From Octopus sinensis (taxonomy: Eukaryota): a DNA stretch of 64,000 nucleotides. Of this stretch, positions 1 through 13,530 are shown one piece after another. The DNA lies in NCBI RefSeq assembly GCF_006345805.1, contig NC_042999.1, forward strand, positions 149,482,001 to 149,546,000. Direction: 5' to 3'. Numbering within the stretch: the first letter of the stretch is position 1; every line of letters begins with the position of its first letter. Under the pieces are notes generated by a model, which did not search any database, was not told where the DNA came from, and was given only the letters and a program-made list of their open reading frames with translations. The position numbers were made by a program, and so were the translations under genes.

Positions 1-196
1 ACAGAGGACAAACAAGGACAGACAAACGGATTAAGTCGATTATATCGACCCCAGTGCGTAACTGGTACTTAATTTATCGACCCCGAAAGGATGAAAGGCA
101 AAGTCGACCTCGGCAGGATTTGAACTCAGAATGTAGCGACAGACAAAATACTGCTAAGCATTTCATCTGGCATGCTAATGATTCTGCCAGCTCACC
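1..196 (-). mobile_element. tRNA-derived SINE, family A (copy cut by window start)
   Basis: Reverse strand reads GGTGAGCTGGCAGAATC..GAGTTCAAATCC (A/B-box-like) then GTCGACTTTGCCTTTCATCCTTTCGGGGTCGATAAATTAAGTACCAG. This block recurs many times in the window (about 277, 19690, 20340, 35700, 38100, 44500, 45600, 50440, 50840, 62500). Confidence 0.85.
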
Positions 197-276
197 ATCT
201 TTTATCCCACTAAAATATTGCTGGTCTTTTGCTGAACTTTCAAACTATTATTATGTTATATTATCATTATCATTAA

Positions 277-495
277 GGCAGCAACATAGCAGAGCTGTTA
301 GCATGCTGGGACAAAGTGCTTGGTGGAATTTCTTCTGACTTTACCTTCTGAGTTCAAATTCTGCTGAGGTTGATTTTGCCCTTCATTGTTTTGGGGATTG
401 AATCAATAAGTACCAGTTGAGTGCTGGAGCCAGTGTGATCAACTAACCCCTCAGCACAAATTTCAAGCCTATTGCCTATATTAGAAAGGATTATT
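277..495 (+). mobile_element. SINE family A, diverged copy
   Basis: GAGTTCAAATTCTGCTGAGGTTGATTTTGCC..AATAAGTACCAGTTGAG, with an ATT-repeat tail. Confidence 0.75.
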
Positions 496-749
496 ATTAT
501 TTTTGATATAGTCATGTAAACATGGCAGCGAGCAAAGGCAGTAAGCTGTCAAGTACGAGGGTGGGGGTGGTTGATGTAATTGATTTGGCCTCTCACCTCA
601 AAACTGATAGCCTTGTGCCAAAATTAGAAAGAATTATTATTATTATTATTATTATTATTGAGTCATATAGCCAAAGACTGGGCTTGAATTTCCCTGTGCC
701 ACATGCTTAGCAATATTTTATCAGACCATCCTTCATTTGCATTTAAACA

Positions 750-787
<38 letters not shown>

Positions 788-921
788 AAGGTTAAAAAAA
801 AATAATTTTTTTTTGTCTTGAGGTGGGCGAGGAAAGGTTTCCTGTAATTTGGAGATATCAAATATCTCGCCTGATCAAAATAGTATGCATATATGTGTAT
901 ATGCATATATGTGTATATGTA

Positions 922-979
<58 letters not shown>

Positions 980-2192
980 TAAGTATTGACATGTGTAGTT
1001 GTTGTTTAGTTCTAGGTCAAGACTAATCAAGTAATTCTATGATATAAAAGCATGCTAGTCATGACCATCCTGTCTTACTTTTGTTTTCAGGCTCACCCAT
1101 TATCCATTTTTTTTATTTCTAAGTCAATAAAATGTGATGTGACGGAAATCTGACAGTTATATCCGGCAGGTGGAGCAATGATACAGAGACCCTTGTTAAT
1201 TTATTATGTATGTGTTTGTTGATAGGTGTTCACAAGCATATATAGAAAATTAACCTTTCTCTCTCTCTTTTTGGTACAACTGTCCATTTCCATAGTTTCT
1301 TATTTCTTCTACAAAGCCAAATACTATAGAAACAGAGAACGAGCCAAGAATTTGTATCCTGTGGCTGGTTTCAGGTGTTGGGAGAGAAAACGCTTTAATT
1401 CTTATATTGTCCAGTTCACTTAACTGTAGGGAGGTATGGTAGCTTCAGTAGGGAGTAACACATCAGTATCATGTTAACTTCAGACCAGTAATTTCATCTA
1501 AATATTTGTGACAGAAGACACTATTATAAAACCAGGCAGTGACACTAAACTGGGCAATGGATGAAGCCTACAATCTTATATATCTTAGAGAAATACAAGC
1601 TCAGCAAGCTGACTTGTTTAAGATATACTATATGAAGATAATACCACCTTCAGTGAGTTACAAGACAAACTAATCATGCAAAGACCAATTCTCTAACACT
1701 TGAGGTAGTATGGTACCAGAATTGTTTGAATGTTTATTTTATAGTTATAAGGTACAGGCATGGCTGTGTGGTAAGAAATTTGCTTCTCAACCACATGGGT
1801 TTTCAGTTCGATACCATTGCATGACACCAAGGGTGTCTTCTACTATAACCACAAGCTGACTAAAGCTTTATGATTGAATTTGGTTGACAGAAACTGAAAT
1901 AAATCTCTCATGTGCATGCCTCTTTACACCTCCATTTCATCATCATGCTCAACTTTCATTCCTTCTTCAAGCAACTCCACTTGCTGCTCACTTGCTTCCT
2001 TTCCAACCCCCTATACACCTCTCTCGTTTGTTCTTCAAAAAACCTCACTACTCTAGCCACATCCTTTCAGCCATGCGCTTTTCTCCAGACAATTTACTCT
2101 TCCTGACAAGGAGCCATGCTTGAAATGTCATTTCCCCTCCTATTTTACCATCTAAAACATTTACTGAGCATCAATCTAATATATTTGCTATA

Positions 2193-2392
2193 GGCCCCGT
2201 GCCGGTGGCACGTAAAAAACACCCACTACACTCTCGGAGTGGTTGGTGTTAGGAAGGGCATCCAGCAGTAGAAACTCTGCCAGATCAAGATTGAAGCCTG
2301 GTGCAGCCATCTGGTTCACCAGCCCTCAGTCAAAATCGTCCAACCCATGCTAGCATGGAAAGCGGATGTTAAACGATGATGATGATGATGAT
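2193..2392 (+). mobile_element. RTE 3'-end fragment with (GAT)n tail
   Basis: Highly similar to 58425-58620, the 3' end of the RTE LINE (CACCCACTACACTC..AGGAAGGGCATCCAGC..CAACCCATGCTAGCATGGAAAGCGG..GATGATGAT). Other copies at about 3780-3980, 9317-9500(-), 9654-9920(-), 13170-13368 and 59175-59353. Confidence 0.85.
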
Positions 2393-3470
2393 GTACATCT
2401 AATTGACTTATGTTGTTTCCCCCGTTTTTTTTTTTTATTTGCTTATATATCAACAATAGACTTCTTTTTAACATCCATTTTTCCATGCTTGCATGGGTCG
2501 GATGAAATTTGTTGAGGCAGAATTTCTACAGATGGGTACCCTTCCTGTTGCCAACCCTGACCTATTTCTAAGCAAGGTAATATTTCTCCTGTCCAGACAT
2601 GTTTCCTCACAAAGCTTTGGTTAGCCCACAGCTATAGAAAAAGACATGTCTAAGGTACCATGCTGTGGGATTGAACCTGAGACTACATGATTGGGAAGTA
2701 AGCTTCACAGCTACATTTGTGCCTTTATGAAGAGAAAATAAAACAAAATTAAGAGAAAACTAATTTCCTGAGAGAATAGGAAATCAGAAAATATTTGTGC
2801 CATTTCAACTGTCTTCCTTTCACTCACAGAATAAAAACAACTAGTTGTTACTATTTAGTAACCAAGTCAACCCTGATCAAAAATAAATTACAAAGACATT
2901 CCAACCATGATTCTCCAGTCTTTTTGTATATCCAGAACTACATTATTCATAGTCAGTTTCTTGTGATGTCTTTAGGATGGTAGGGTGCGAATCGAGGGAG
3001 ATTTGACTACTATTTCTAGATTTCTTGCAGGTTGAGTGATTATTCACAACCCCTCACACCTTCACTTCCTTAGCCCATTATCTCATCTTCTGGTTGACAT
3101 AATTATTGATTATATAATTTGCAGACCAGTCAAACAATTTTTATTAATTTGTATAGCATTTTTGTTGTGTTTTTTTTCTCCTTTTTTGCATGGTTTTTAT
3201 CAGTCCACAGTGTAAATAACATATTTTTGTGGAGCAGATGTAGGATGCCTGCTGCAGTTAAATATTAACAATTCTTTGGGAAAGAGAAGAAGGAAGGTGG
3301 TTGGGTTGTATGTGTTTTAGACAGGAAAATTTACTGTTTTGACATATTGCCTACACTAATGAAACTCAAACAAACATTTAAATTATTTCAAACACATGAA
3401 TGATTAATATTTAATCATAAACATACACACACATGTATGTGTGATCATGCTTGTATATATGTGTCTGTGA

Positions 3471-3504
<34 letters not shown>

Positions 3505-4212
3505 CCTTCATTTTACAGAGTAGATTGGTTCCGCCAGTAACCACAGCAAATCACAATCATAAAGCGAGGAAGACATGTTTTTAATGACATTATTAAAGTA
3601 ACAAAACAAACAGAATTTAAACAATTAATTATTGAAATGGGGGTAATGAAAATGACAATTGTTATTATTCCAATTAATTTTATTAGTTCTGATGTTTTAT
3701 TTCATTCCTTTTAATTTTTCTCTCAGTCTCATCCTATTCCTTGTCCTCACCATCATCGTCACCACTACCATCGTCTACTGGTGCTAGTGCCATGTAAAAA
3801 CGCACCCAGCACACTTTGCAAAATGGTTGGTGTTAGGAAGGGCCTCCAGCTATAAAAACCAAGCCAAAAACAGACTATGGAACATAGTGCAGCCCCTGGC
3901 CTTGTCAGCACCTGTCTAATTGTCCAACCCATGCCAGCATGGAAAACAGATGTTAAATGATGATGATAATGATGATGGTGCTTGTATGGGTCAGTCAGAA
4001 TTTGTTAAGACAAATTTTCAAAGGCTGAAGACCCTTCATGCCATCAATCCTCACTTGCTTGCAAGTTAGGTAATATTTTCTCTGTGTTTTCCCTGAAAAC
4101 AGGTTTCCCATATTTTCATGGAAGATTAAAAACAAACAATGCTGACTGTATGGTGACACTTGTTTACAGATATCATGTGGTATCAAGACAAGGGGACACT
4201 AACACACACACT

Positions 4213-4602
4213 CTTTTACTTGCTTCTGTCATTTGACTGTGGCCATGCTGGAGCACCGCCTTTAGTCGAGCAAATCGACCCCAGGACCTTTGTAAACCTA
4301 GTACTTATTTTATCAGTCGCTTTAGCTGAACTGCTAAGTTACGGGGATGTAAATACACCAGCATCAGTTGTCAAGTGATGTTGGGGGGACAAACACAGAC
4401 ACACAAACATATACACACACGTACATATATATATATATACGACAGGCTTCTTTCAGTTTCCGTCTACCAAATCCACTCAAAAGGCTTTGTTTGGCCTGAG
4501 GCAATACTAGAAGACACATGCCCAAGGTGCCATGCAGTGGGACTAAACCCGGAACCATGTGGTTGATAAGCAAGCTACATACCACACAACCACTCCTATG
4601 CC
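4213..4602 (-). mobile_element. tRNA-derived SINE family B (CORE-like centre, internal microsatellite)
   Basis: Reverse complement of the full copy at 38849-39234. Confidence 0.85.
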
Positions 4603-5111
4603 TATATATATATATATATAAGACAGGCTTCAGTTTCAACCAAATCTAGTCACAAGGCTCTGACCTACCCAAGACCAAAGATGAATATACCATTCTAAAT
4701 TGGCACAAAGGAACTGAACCTGAAATCACATGGTTAGGAAGCAAATTTACTAACCACACAACCAAACCTGCCATCACTCACATTAAACTATTTTGAAGTT
4801 TTTGCTAAACTCTCTTCACTGACTTTCATTTCCTTTTTTTCTTCATTTCCAGAGAAACTGACTTATCCGACATTTCAAATTCTGGTTTGCCTCGTATCTT
4901 TTTCAGTCACTGGATCGTGGTCATATTAAGGCACTGCCTTGAAAGATATAGTTGAACAAATCAACCCCAGCATGCATGTTGTAAATCTGGAATTTATTGT
5001 AAGTTACAAGAATGTAAACAAACTAACACTGGTTATCTAGTGGTGTGACACACACACATATTAATCATAAAGACACCTATATTAATTCTATAGCTATATA
5101 ATGCTGCTTTA

Positions 5112-5232
5112 GGCCTGCAACCACCTATACTAATGTTGTTATTATCAACTATTTTTATTGCCTTTGATAATAATAATAACAATATTAATATCTATATAAA
5201 TATTCGCTTCTGAATATTTTTGCTGCTGATAA

Positions 5233-5278
<46 letters not shown>

Positions 5279-5985
5279 CACACACACAATGGTCTTCTGA
5301 GACGAAATTCATTCATATTGGTTAACCTGGGGCTATAATAAAAGACACTTGCCCAAGGCGACATGCTGTAGCAAAGCAAGCTTCCTAACCACATACTCAC
5401 GACTGCATACATTATTCAGTCTTAAAAATACAACCCATGCCAGCATGGAAAACGGACGTTAGACAATGATGATGACGATGATGATATTACTAATGCACCA
5501 CTTTTCTCATCAGTTTGGGCATTATATTTTACTTTCAGTTTACTTCTTCCATAGCGAGGAAGTACTGACTTTTAGCATTTAAACTAGCCATATCCAGACC
5601 AAATATTTTACCTGTTTTATGCTCAAAATGGCCACATCTGGCCTCTTACACACACCCTACAATGTAAAAATAATCAAATATAAATCTCAAAGCCATGAGA
5701 TAGAGCATGATTAATTAAAATCAATTTGAATAAATAAGCATTGCATTTGACAGAATAATCTGAATGCTAAATGGCTAAGTTGGATTTTTTACTTTATGAT
5801 ATTTGGTTAAGTATTTTTAACACTGAATAATGTATGCAGTCATGTCTTTGTGGTTAGGAAGCTTGCTTTGACACAGCATGGTTTTAAGTTCACTGCATGT
5901 CACCTTGGGCAATTGTCTTTTATTACAGTCCCAAGTTAACCAATATGAGTGAATTTGCTGTCAGAAGATAATTGCGTATTTGTGT

Positions 5986-6024
<39 letters not shown>

Positions 6025-6146
6025 CGTGCGTGTGTCAGCAGCAAGAATATTCAGAAGCGAATATTTATGTAGATATTAATATTGCTATTATTATCAAAGG
6101 CAATACAAATAGTTAATAATAAAATCAATAGAGGCGGTTGCAGGCC
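5112..6146. repeat. Old inverted duplication, arms about 320 bp (5112-5431 and 5811-6146)
   Basis: GGCCTGCAACC..ATATTCGCTTCTGAATATT..(TA)n..SINE-B piece..GACTGCATACATTATTCAGT is mirrored by ACTGAATAATGTATGCAGTC..AATATTCAGAAGCGAATAT..GGTTGCAGGCC. Confidence 0.85.
5566..5779. mobile_element. Degraded MITE, piggyBac-like ends
   Basis: Ends ..TTTTAGCATTTAAA and TGAATGCTAAATGGCTAA are imperfect inverted repeats resembling the TTAA-CCCT end type seen at 14876-15096. Confidence 0.5.
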
Positions 6147-6153
6147 ATATATA

Positions 6154-6196
<43 letters not shown>

Positions 6197-6323
6197 CGGG
6201 AAGCTTTATGAAAATAAACAAAAGACGAAGGCAGGTTTACGGAAATAAACAAAAGACGAAGGCAGGTGGAATACAAACAAACAATTGTATTAGTATGGCG
6301 CTCAGGAATATAAATAAAAAAAG

Positions 6324-6361
6324 TCTTTTACGTTTCGAGCCTATGCTCTTCAACAGAAAGA
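6324..6361 (-). ncRNA. Minimal hammerhead-like motif (variant core) in a PLE-type terminal fragment (about 6195-6400)
   Basis: Minus strand: TCTTT CTGTTGA A GAGC-ATAG-GCTC GAAA CG TA AAAGA. Stems I and II pair, but the core has U at A6. Confidence 0.55.
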
Positions 6362-6619
6362 TACACAGAGAAGAAACACAGAAAGAAGGAGAGAAAAAAA
6401 TGCATGTTTGTGTGTATTTATATATATATATACATATAAATATACAGAAACATGCATATACATATACACATGTATGCATATCCATGTATGCATATACAAT
6501 TATACCTATACACATATACCTATACACATATACACGTACATATACACACATACCTATACACATATACATATACACATACATATACACACACACATATACA
6601 CATATATAATTATATATGT

Positions 6620-6662
<43 letters not shown>

Positions 6663-6758
6663 CATATACATATATACATACATATACATATATACATACA
6701 TATATATGACCGCGTGTGTACCGTTGACGATTTCTTTTCCTCTGTGTTCCCTTCTTAG

Positions 6759-7503
6759 GATCTGTAGTAGAGGCGTAGGTAGAAACTCTATAAGATGTAC
6801 CCAGTGTAAGCTATGGACACATAAGAGGTGTAATAAGATCAAAGGAAGGCTAACTAGGAAGATAGTTTTTGTATGTGGCAGATGCTCGGGAGCAATAAAC
6901 ACTGAAAATGCACAGAGAACAACTTCTGCCATATACCAGGGAGAAAAACTAGAAGTAGTTGATAGCTTCCGTTACCTAGATGACCAAGTCAGTAGTGGAG
7001 GAGGGAGCGCTGAAAGTGTAGCTGCTAGAATAAGACTAGCTTGGACAAAGTTCAGAGAGCTCTTACCTCTGCTGGTGACAAAGGGCCTTTCACTCAGAGT
7101 AAAAGGTAGACTGTATGACGCATGTGTACGAACAGCCATGCTACATGGCAGTGAAACATGGGTTGTGACTGCTGAGGACATGCATAAGCTCGCAAGGAAT
7201 AAAGCCAGTATGATCCGATGGATGTGTAATGTCAGTGTGCATACTCAACAGAGTGTAAGTACCTTGAGAGAAAAGTTGGACCTAAGACGCATCAGATGTG
7301 GTGTGCAAGAGAGATGACTGCGCTGGTATTGTGATGTGGCGAGAATGGATGAGGATAGCTGTGTGAAAAAGTGCCACACCCTAGCGGTCGAGAAAACCTG
7401 TGGAAGAGGTAGACCCAGGAAGACTTGGGATGAAGTGGTGAAGCACAACCTCCAAACATTAGGCCTCACCAAGGCAATGACCAGTGACCGAGACTTTTGG
7501 AAA
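6759..7503 (+). pseudogene. RTE-clade LINE ORF, 3' fragment
   Basis: Translation (CTQCKLWTHKRC..VDSFRYL..RTAMLHGSETW..GRGRPRKTW) closely matches the 56419-57732 ORF; internal stop near 7315. Confidence 0.92.
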
Positions 7504-7516
7504 GGTGTTTTTTATT

Positions 7517-7598
7517 TTCCCCTGACGAAGGAGTAATTATCGAAATGCACCCTCGTGCATTAAATACGGGGATGAACCCCTGAAATGGACATAGGGAA
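7517..7598 (+). ncRNA. Type I hammerhead ribozyme motif with extended stem II
   Basis: Stem I TTCCC(7517-21)/GGGAA(7594-98); core CTGACGA 7522-28; stem II AGGAGT/ACCCCT enclosing hairpin AATGCAC-CCTC-GTGCATT; GAAA 7582-85; TGGACA; cleavage triplet AUA. Confidence 0.75.
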
Positions 7599-7789
7599 TG
7601 TAAATACGGTTTCTTCTTTTTCGCTTGGACACTGACTTTTAACAATAGGTTTCCTTTATCTTGAAAAGTAATTTTTAATCGAAAAAATTTCTACACGATG
7701 AACTTTTATCTTACCTTATTTATTATATATTTATGTTTCCTATATAGATGTATTTTTATATTTTTATATATTTATTATTCTAGATGTTA

Positions 7790-9316
7790 TAATATATATA
7801 CACACACATATATATTCATATATATATACACATATATATATACATATATACATATATACATATACACACATATGTATACACATATATACATATACACACA
7901 TATATATATACACACATATACATATACACACATATATATATACACACATATATACATATGTATACATGTATATATATATATACATATATATATATACACA
8001 TGTATACATATGTATACATGTATATATATATATACATATATATATACACATGTATACATGTATATATATATACATATATATATATAACACATATATACAT
8101 ATATATATATATACATATTATATATACACATGTATACATGTATATATATATATACATATATATATATACATATATTCATATAGATATATATATACACATA
8201 TATATATACATACATACATATACATATATATATACACATATATACATATACATATATTCATATAGATATATATATACACATAATACATATACCTATACAT
8301 ATATATATACACATACCTATACATATATATATATATACACATATATAATATACACATATATAATATACACATATATACATATACCTATACATACATATAC
8401 ATATATAAACATATACATATATATATATACACATATATATATATAATATACATATATATATATACACACATATATATACACATATATACATATACACACA
8501 TATATATATACACACATATACATATACACACATATATATACACACAATATACATATGTATACATGTATATATATATATACATATATATATATACACATGT
8601 ATACATATGTATACATGTATATATATATATACATATATATATACACATGTATACATGTATATATATATACATATATATATATACACATGTATACATGTAT
8701 ATATATATACATATATATATATACACATGTATACATGTATATATATATATATACATATATAAATATATACATATATTCATATAGATATATATATACACAT
8801 ATATATATATACATATATTCATATAGATATATATATACACATATATACATATACATATATTCATATAGATATATATATACACATATATACATATACCTAT
8901 ACATATATATATATACACATATATACATATACCTATACATATACATACATATACATACATATACCTATACATACATATACATATATAAACATATACATAT
9001 ATATATATACACATATATATATATATATATACACATATATACATATACACATATATATATATATATATACACATATATACATATACCTATATATATATAC
9101 ATATACCTATATATATATAATATATATACATACATATACCTATATATATATATACATACATATACCTATATATATATATACATACATATACCTATATATA
9201 TATATACATACATATACCTATATATATATACATACATATACATACATATATATATATACATACATATACATATTATATATATACATACATATATATATAT
9301 AACATATATATATATA
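7790..9316. repeat. About 1.5-kb compound TA/CA microsatellite
   Basis: Almost only TATA/TACA/CACA, with recurring units TATTCATATAGATATA and ACATGTATACATGT. Source of the Y/I/H/T-rich ORFs. Confidence 0.95.
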
Positions 9317-9618
9317 TCATCATCATCATCGTTTAACGTCCGTTCTCCATGCTAGCATGGGTGGACGGTTCGACCGGGGATCTGGGAAGCCAGAAGGCTG
9401 CACCAGGCTCCAGTCTTATCTGGCAGTGTTTCTACAGCTGGATGCCCTTCCTAACGCCAACCACTCCGTGAGTGTAGTGGGTGCTTTACGTGCCACCTGC
9501 ACATATATATACATATATATATATACCATATATACACATAATATACAAATATATACATATATATATATACACATATATACATTATATATATATACATACA
9601 CATATATACATATACCTA

Positions 9619-9656
<38 letters not shown>

Positions 9657-10277
9657 TCATCATCATCATCATCGTTTAGCGTCCGTTTTCCATGCTAGCA
9701 TGGGTTGGACGGTTCTACTGGGGTCTGTGAAGCCAGAAGGCTTCATCAGGCCCAGTCAAATCTGGCAGTGTTTCTACGGCTGGATGCCCTTCCTAACGCC
9801 AACCACTCCGTGAGTGTAGTGGGTGCTTTTTACGTGCCACCCGCACTGGTGCCAGACAGAGCTGGCAAACGGCCACGAACGGATGGTGCTTTTTATGTGC
9901 CACCGGCACGAGGGCCAGATACACACATATATACATATACCTATATACATACATATACATACATATACATACACATACATATACATACATATATATACAC
10001 ATACATACATATACATACATATATATACACATACATACATATATACACATACATATATACACATACATACACATACATACATACATACACATACATTTAT
10101 ACACATACATATATACACATACATATATACATATATATATATATAGCAATTAAGGACAACTACTTAATAAGGAAAACTTAACAAGAAATTGTCAGGTAGA
10201 TAGCGTAAAAACCTCATAAGAGAAAAAATTTCGAAAATAATTATTTCTTATTGAACATATTAATTTATATATATAAT

Positions 10278-10311
<34 letters not shown>

Positions 10312-11721
10312 CATATATCAATATATATATATACATATATCAATATATATATATACACATATTCATATATATATATACACACACATACATATATATATAT
10401 ACTCATTTACTGCCAAATGGACTGGTGCAACAGGAAATGGAGTGTTTTTTAACTCTAGAACACAACATGCAGCTGGTCTGGGAATTGAAATCATGATAAT
10501 ATCAAGGGTGGAACATGACTAACCACTTGGCCACATGCCCCCCCCCCACACACACACACATAAAATATATATATAAAATAAACATAAAGTGCATGGATAT
10601 ATGTGTGCATATATGTATAAGCACACATACATTCATAATGTATATATTTGTTGTATTTTGCTAGAGTCATCTTTGTCGCTTATTGGACATATGTACATAT
10701 TGTTTTTCATTTCAATTGCATATGCATGCAAGTGTGCATGTGTGTGGCAGGGAATGTGAGAGAGAGTGTGAGTGAGAGAGTGTATGTTTTAAGACCCTTC
10801 CACACCCACAAAGGGTGCATTACTGTCAATGGAGACCCTACCCTCCAGTTATTGAGGTTTCCTGGAAATTTATGTACATACTTATTTTAATATAGCTTAG
10901 CCAGGACAAATGGTTGTCATGGCCTTCACAGGATGTCTGATACAGGTGAGACTGTTCACCTTGAATAATCTCAGAGTTGACATCTGTAGGAGAAATGTAG
11001 GTGGATGTAGGAGATGCAGATGGCTGATGCACTAGGGAAGAATTGTCGTGTAAATTGATTTGTGCTAGAATGAGAGCAGAGGGTAATTGCATCTGTGTTA
11101 ATAAGATGCAGAGGGGAGGGCCCAGGTTGACTCAAAGTCCATGGTGGTTGATATAGAAGTGGGGTAGAAACCAATGAATCATAAGTATCTGTAAGATGTA
11201 ACAGTGTACATAAATGTTTATATATACAACATAATGAAATATACACATTTATACTGCAAGAATAATTTTAATTTAAATAAAAAATTTGAAAGTGAAAGTA
11301 GAAATAGTTAAGAAAACAAACAGGTTGATTTTGAAAGAAGAAAAGCAAGACTAAAAGAGATTTGGTAAAAGGAAACAAATACATACTTGCGAGAATTAAC
11401 TCTTTTAGGGTCAAAACGGGTACTGTTGCCAAAATGGTGCAGGTATTTTACTAAAGCCCTGGTTTGTTTATTATTCAATCAGGTGATTTGTCCTTTGCTT
11501 GTCATAATGCACAATTTATCACAGAAATGTCAATCTGATGCCAGAACTGGACAGGTTCCTTTCCAACCATTTAGTTTAACATCGAAGTTGTGAGGAATAA
11601 TATTCTGTCCATCCTTCAATTAGATAGCTTCGATTTGTTTACCTGCAGAGAATGTTATAGTTTCCAAACAGCTGAGAAAGAGTGACAGAAAGAAAGAGAC
11701 AGAATGTCAGCGGAAGAAAGT

Positions 11722-11754
<33 letters not shown>

Positions 11755-11899
11755 TCGTTTGTGTTCTGATAATGGATCTATCTATCAGCATCCAAAGGAT
11801 ATCTACAGTAAGATCACTGCTAGACTTGCTGCTGATACTGGTACCATCAGAGTGGTAGTGAAGGGGAGAGATGGGGGTGGAGAAAGTGTAGTGATATAT

Positions 11900-12292
11900 A
11901 GGCATGTGTGTGTATGTATGTATGTATGTATGTGCATATGTGTATGTCTGGGATTATGTGTGTGTGTTTATGTGCTGCTGTGTGTATATTACTGCATTTG
12001 TATATGGGTGGTTGTGTATGTGTGGTTGGGTATGTGTTTGTATGAGTGTGAATGCAATGATGTGTGTGGCTATGTGCATACATGTGTGGGATGTGTGTGG
12101 CTGAGTATATGTATGACTGTGGGGGCGTGGTATATGTGACTGTGCACGTGTGTGTGGGTGTGTATGGAGTGTGTGGGTGTGTATGGAGTGTGTGGCTATG
12201 TATGGCTGAATGGTATATGAGCTTCTGTCTATGGCTTTGTGTGTGTGTGTGCAGAATTGTGTATGTACGTATATGCAAAGCTGAATGTGTGT
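11900..12292. repeat. Degenerate (TG)n low-complexity tract
   Basis: TG/TATG-rich run. Confidence 0.85.
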
Positions 12293-12540
12293 GGAAGAAG
12301 GCAGGACAGTTAATGCTACAGTTTGTATTTAATAAAGCTGATATTAGGATTCTGGTGAATACACATTAGTTTATTTAAGACAGCTTTTCCAATATTACAA
12401 TCACAATCAACACCTTCATGACCAATAACTATTTCTAATTAAGGATCAAGGCCAGTAATTTTATGGGATTTGAACTCAGATTAAAAAACTGGAAGAAATA
12501 CTGCAAGGCACTGTGTGTGATGTTCTAATGATTCTGTATA

Positions 12541-13145
12541 TCCACTATCCACATAATTCTTTCAAATTTTGGTACAAGGCTAGCAATTTGAGGGGAAGGG
12601 GTTAGTTGGTTACAACCCCAGAACTTAATTGGTACTTTATTCCCCAAACCTGATCTCCTGTTTTTATCCTCCACTCATTCACCCTCTTGTGTTCTGAGAG
12701 TACGCCCTAACACCTCATCATCTTCATCTCTCCTTTTCCAGCTGGGGTAGCAATGTACCACGTCCACAGCAACACACCTGTTCCTATCCCTCTATTATGC
12801 TCATGCCCCTTGACGCCTGGCATAAGCTCCCTCTCTCAATCCACTATCCATATAATTCTTTCAAATTTTGCTACAAGGCTAGCAATTTGAGGGGAAGGGG
12901 TTAGTTGGTTACAACCCCAGAACTTAATTGGTACTTTATTCCCCAAACCTGATCTCCTGTTTTTATCCTCCACTCATTCACCCTCTTGTGTTCTGAGAGT
13001 ACGCCCTAACACATCATCATCTCCATCTTCATCTCTCCTTTTCCAGCTGGAGTAGCCATGTACCACGTCCACGGCAACAGAACTGTTCTAATCTCTCTAT
13101 TATACTCTTGCCTCTTGACACCTGGCATAAGCTCCCTCTCTCAAT
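12541..13145. repeat. Tandem direct duplication of about 300 bp
   Basis: TCCACTATCCA.ATAATTCTTTCAAATTTTG starts at 12541 and again at 12840; both copies end ..TAAGCTCCCTCTCTCAAT. Confidence 0.93.
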
Positions 13146-13365
13146 ATTATTCCCACCACCCACTGCCATTCAATGTAGCACATAAAAAACACATAAAAAG
13201 CACCCACTACACTCTCAGAGTGAGTGCCGTTAGGAAGGGCATCCAGCTGTGGAAACTTTGCCAGATCGGATTGGAACCTAGTGCAGCCTTCTGACTCGCC
13301 AGCCCTCAGTCAATCCATCCAACCCATGCCAGCATGGAAAGCGGATGTTAATTGACAAAGATGAT

Positions 13366-13404
<39 letters not shown>

Positions 13405-13478
13405 GATTATATCAATATTGCAAAATTGTAAATAATAAAATGTAAAAATCAGACTAGGTGGGAATTTCATTGATCAAC

Positions 13479-13530
<52 letters not shown>

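Noticed and set aside
7698-10181. Many long ORFs rich in Y/I/H/T/C/V
   Set aside because: Translations of TA/CA microsatellite that lacks stop codons.
11387-11671. Minus-strand block with splice-like ends
   Set aside because: The most protein-like frame has five stops in about 95 codons, near what AT-rich random sequence gives.
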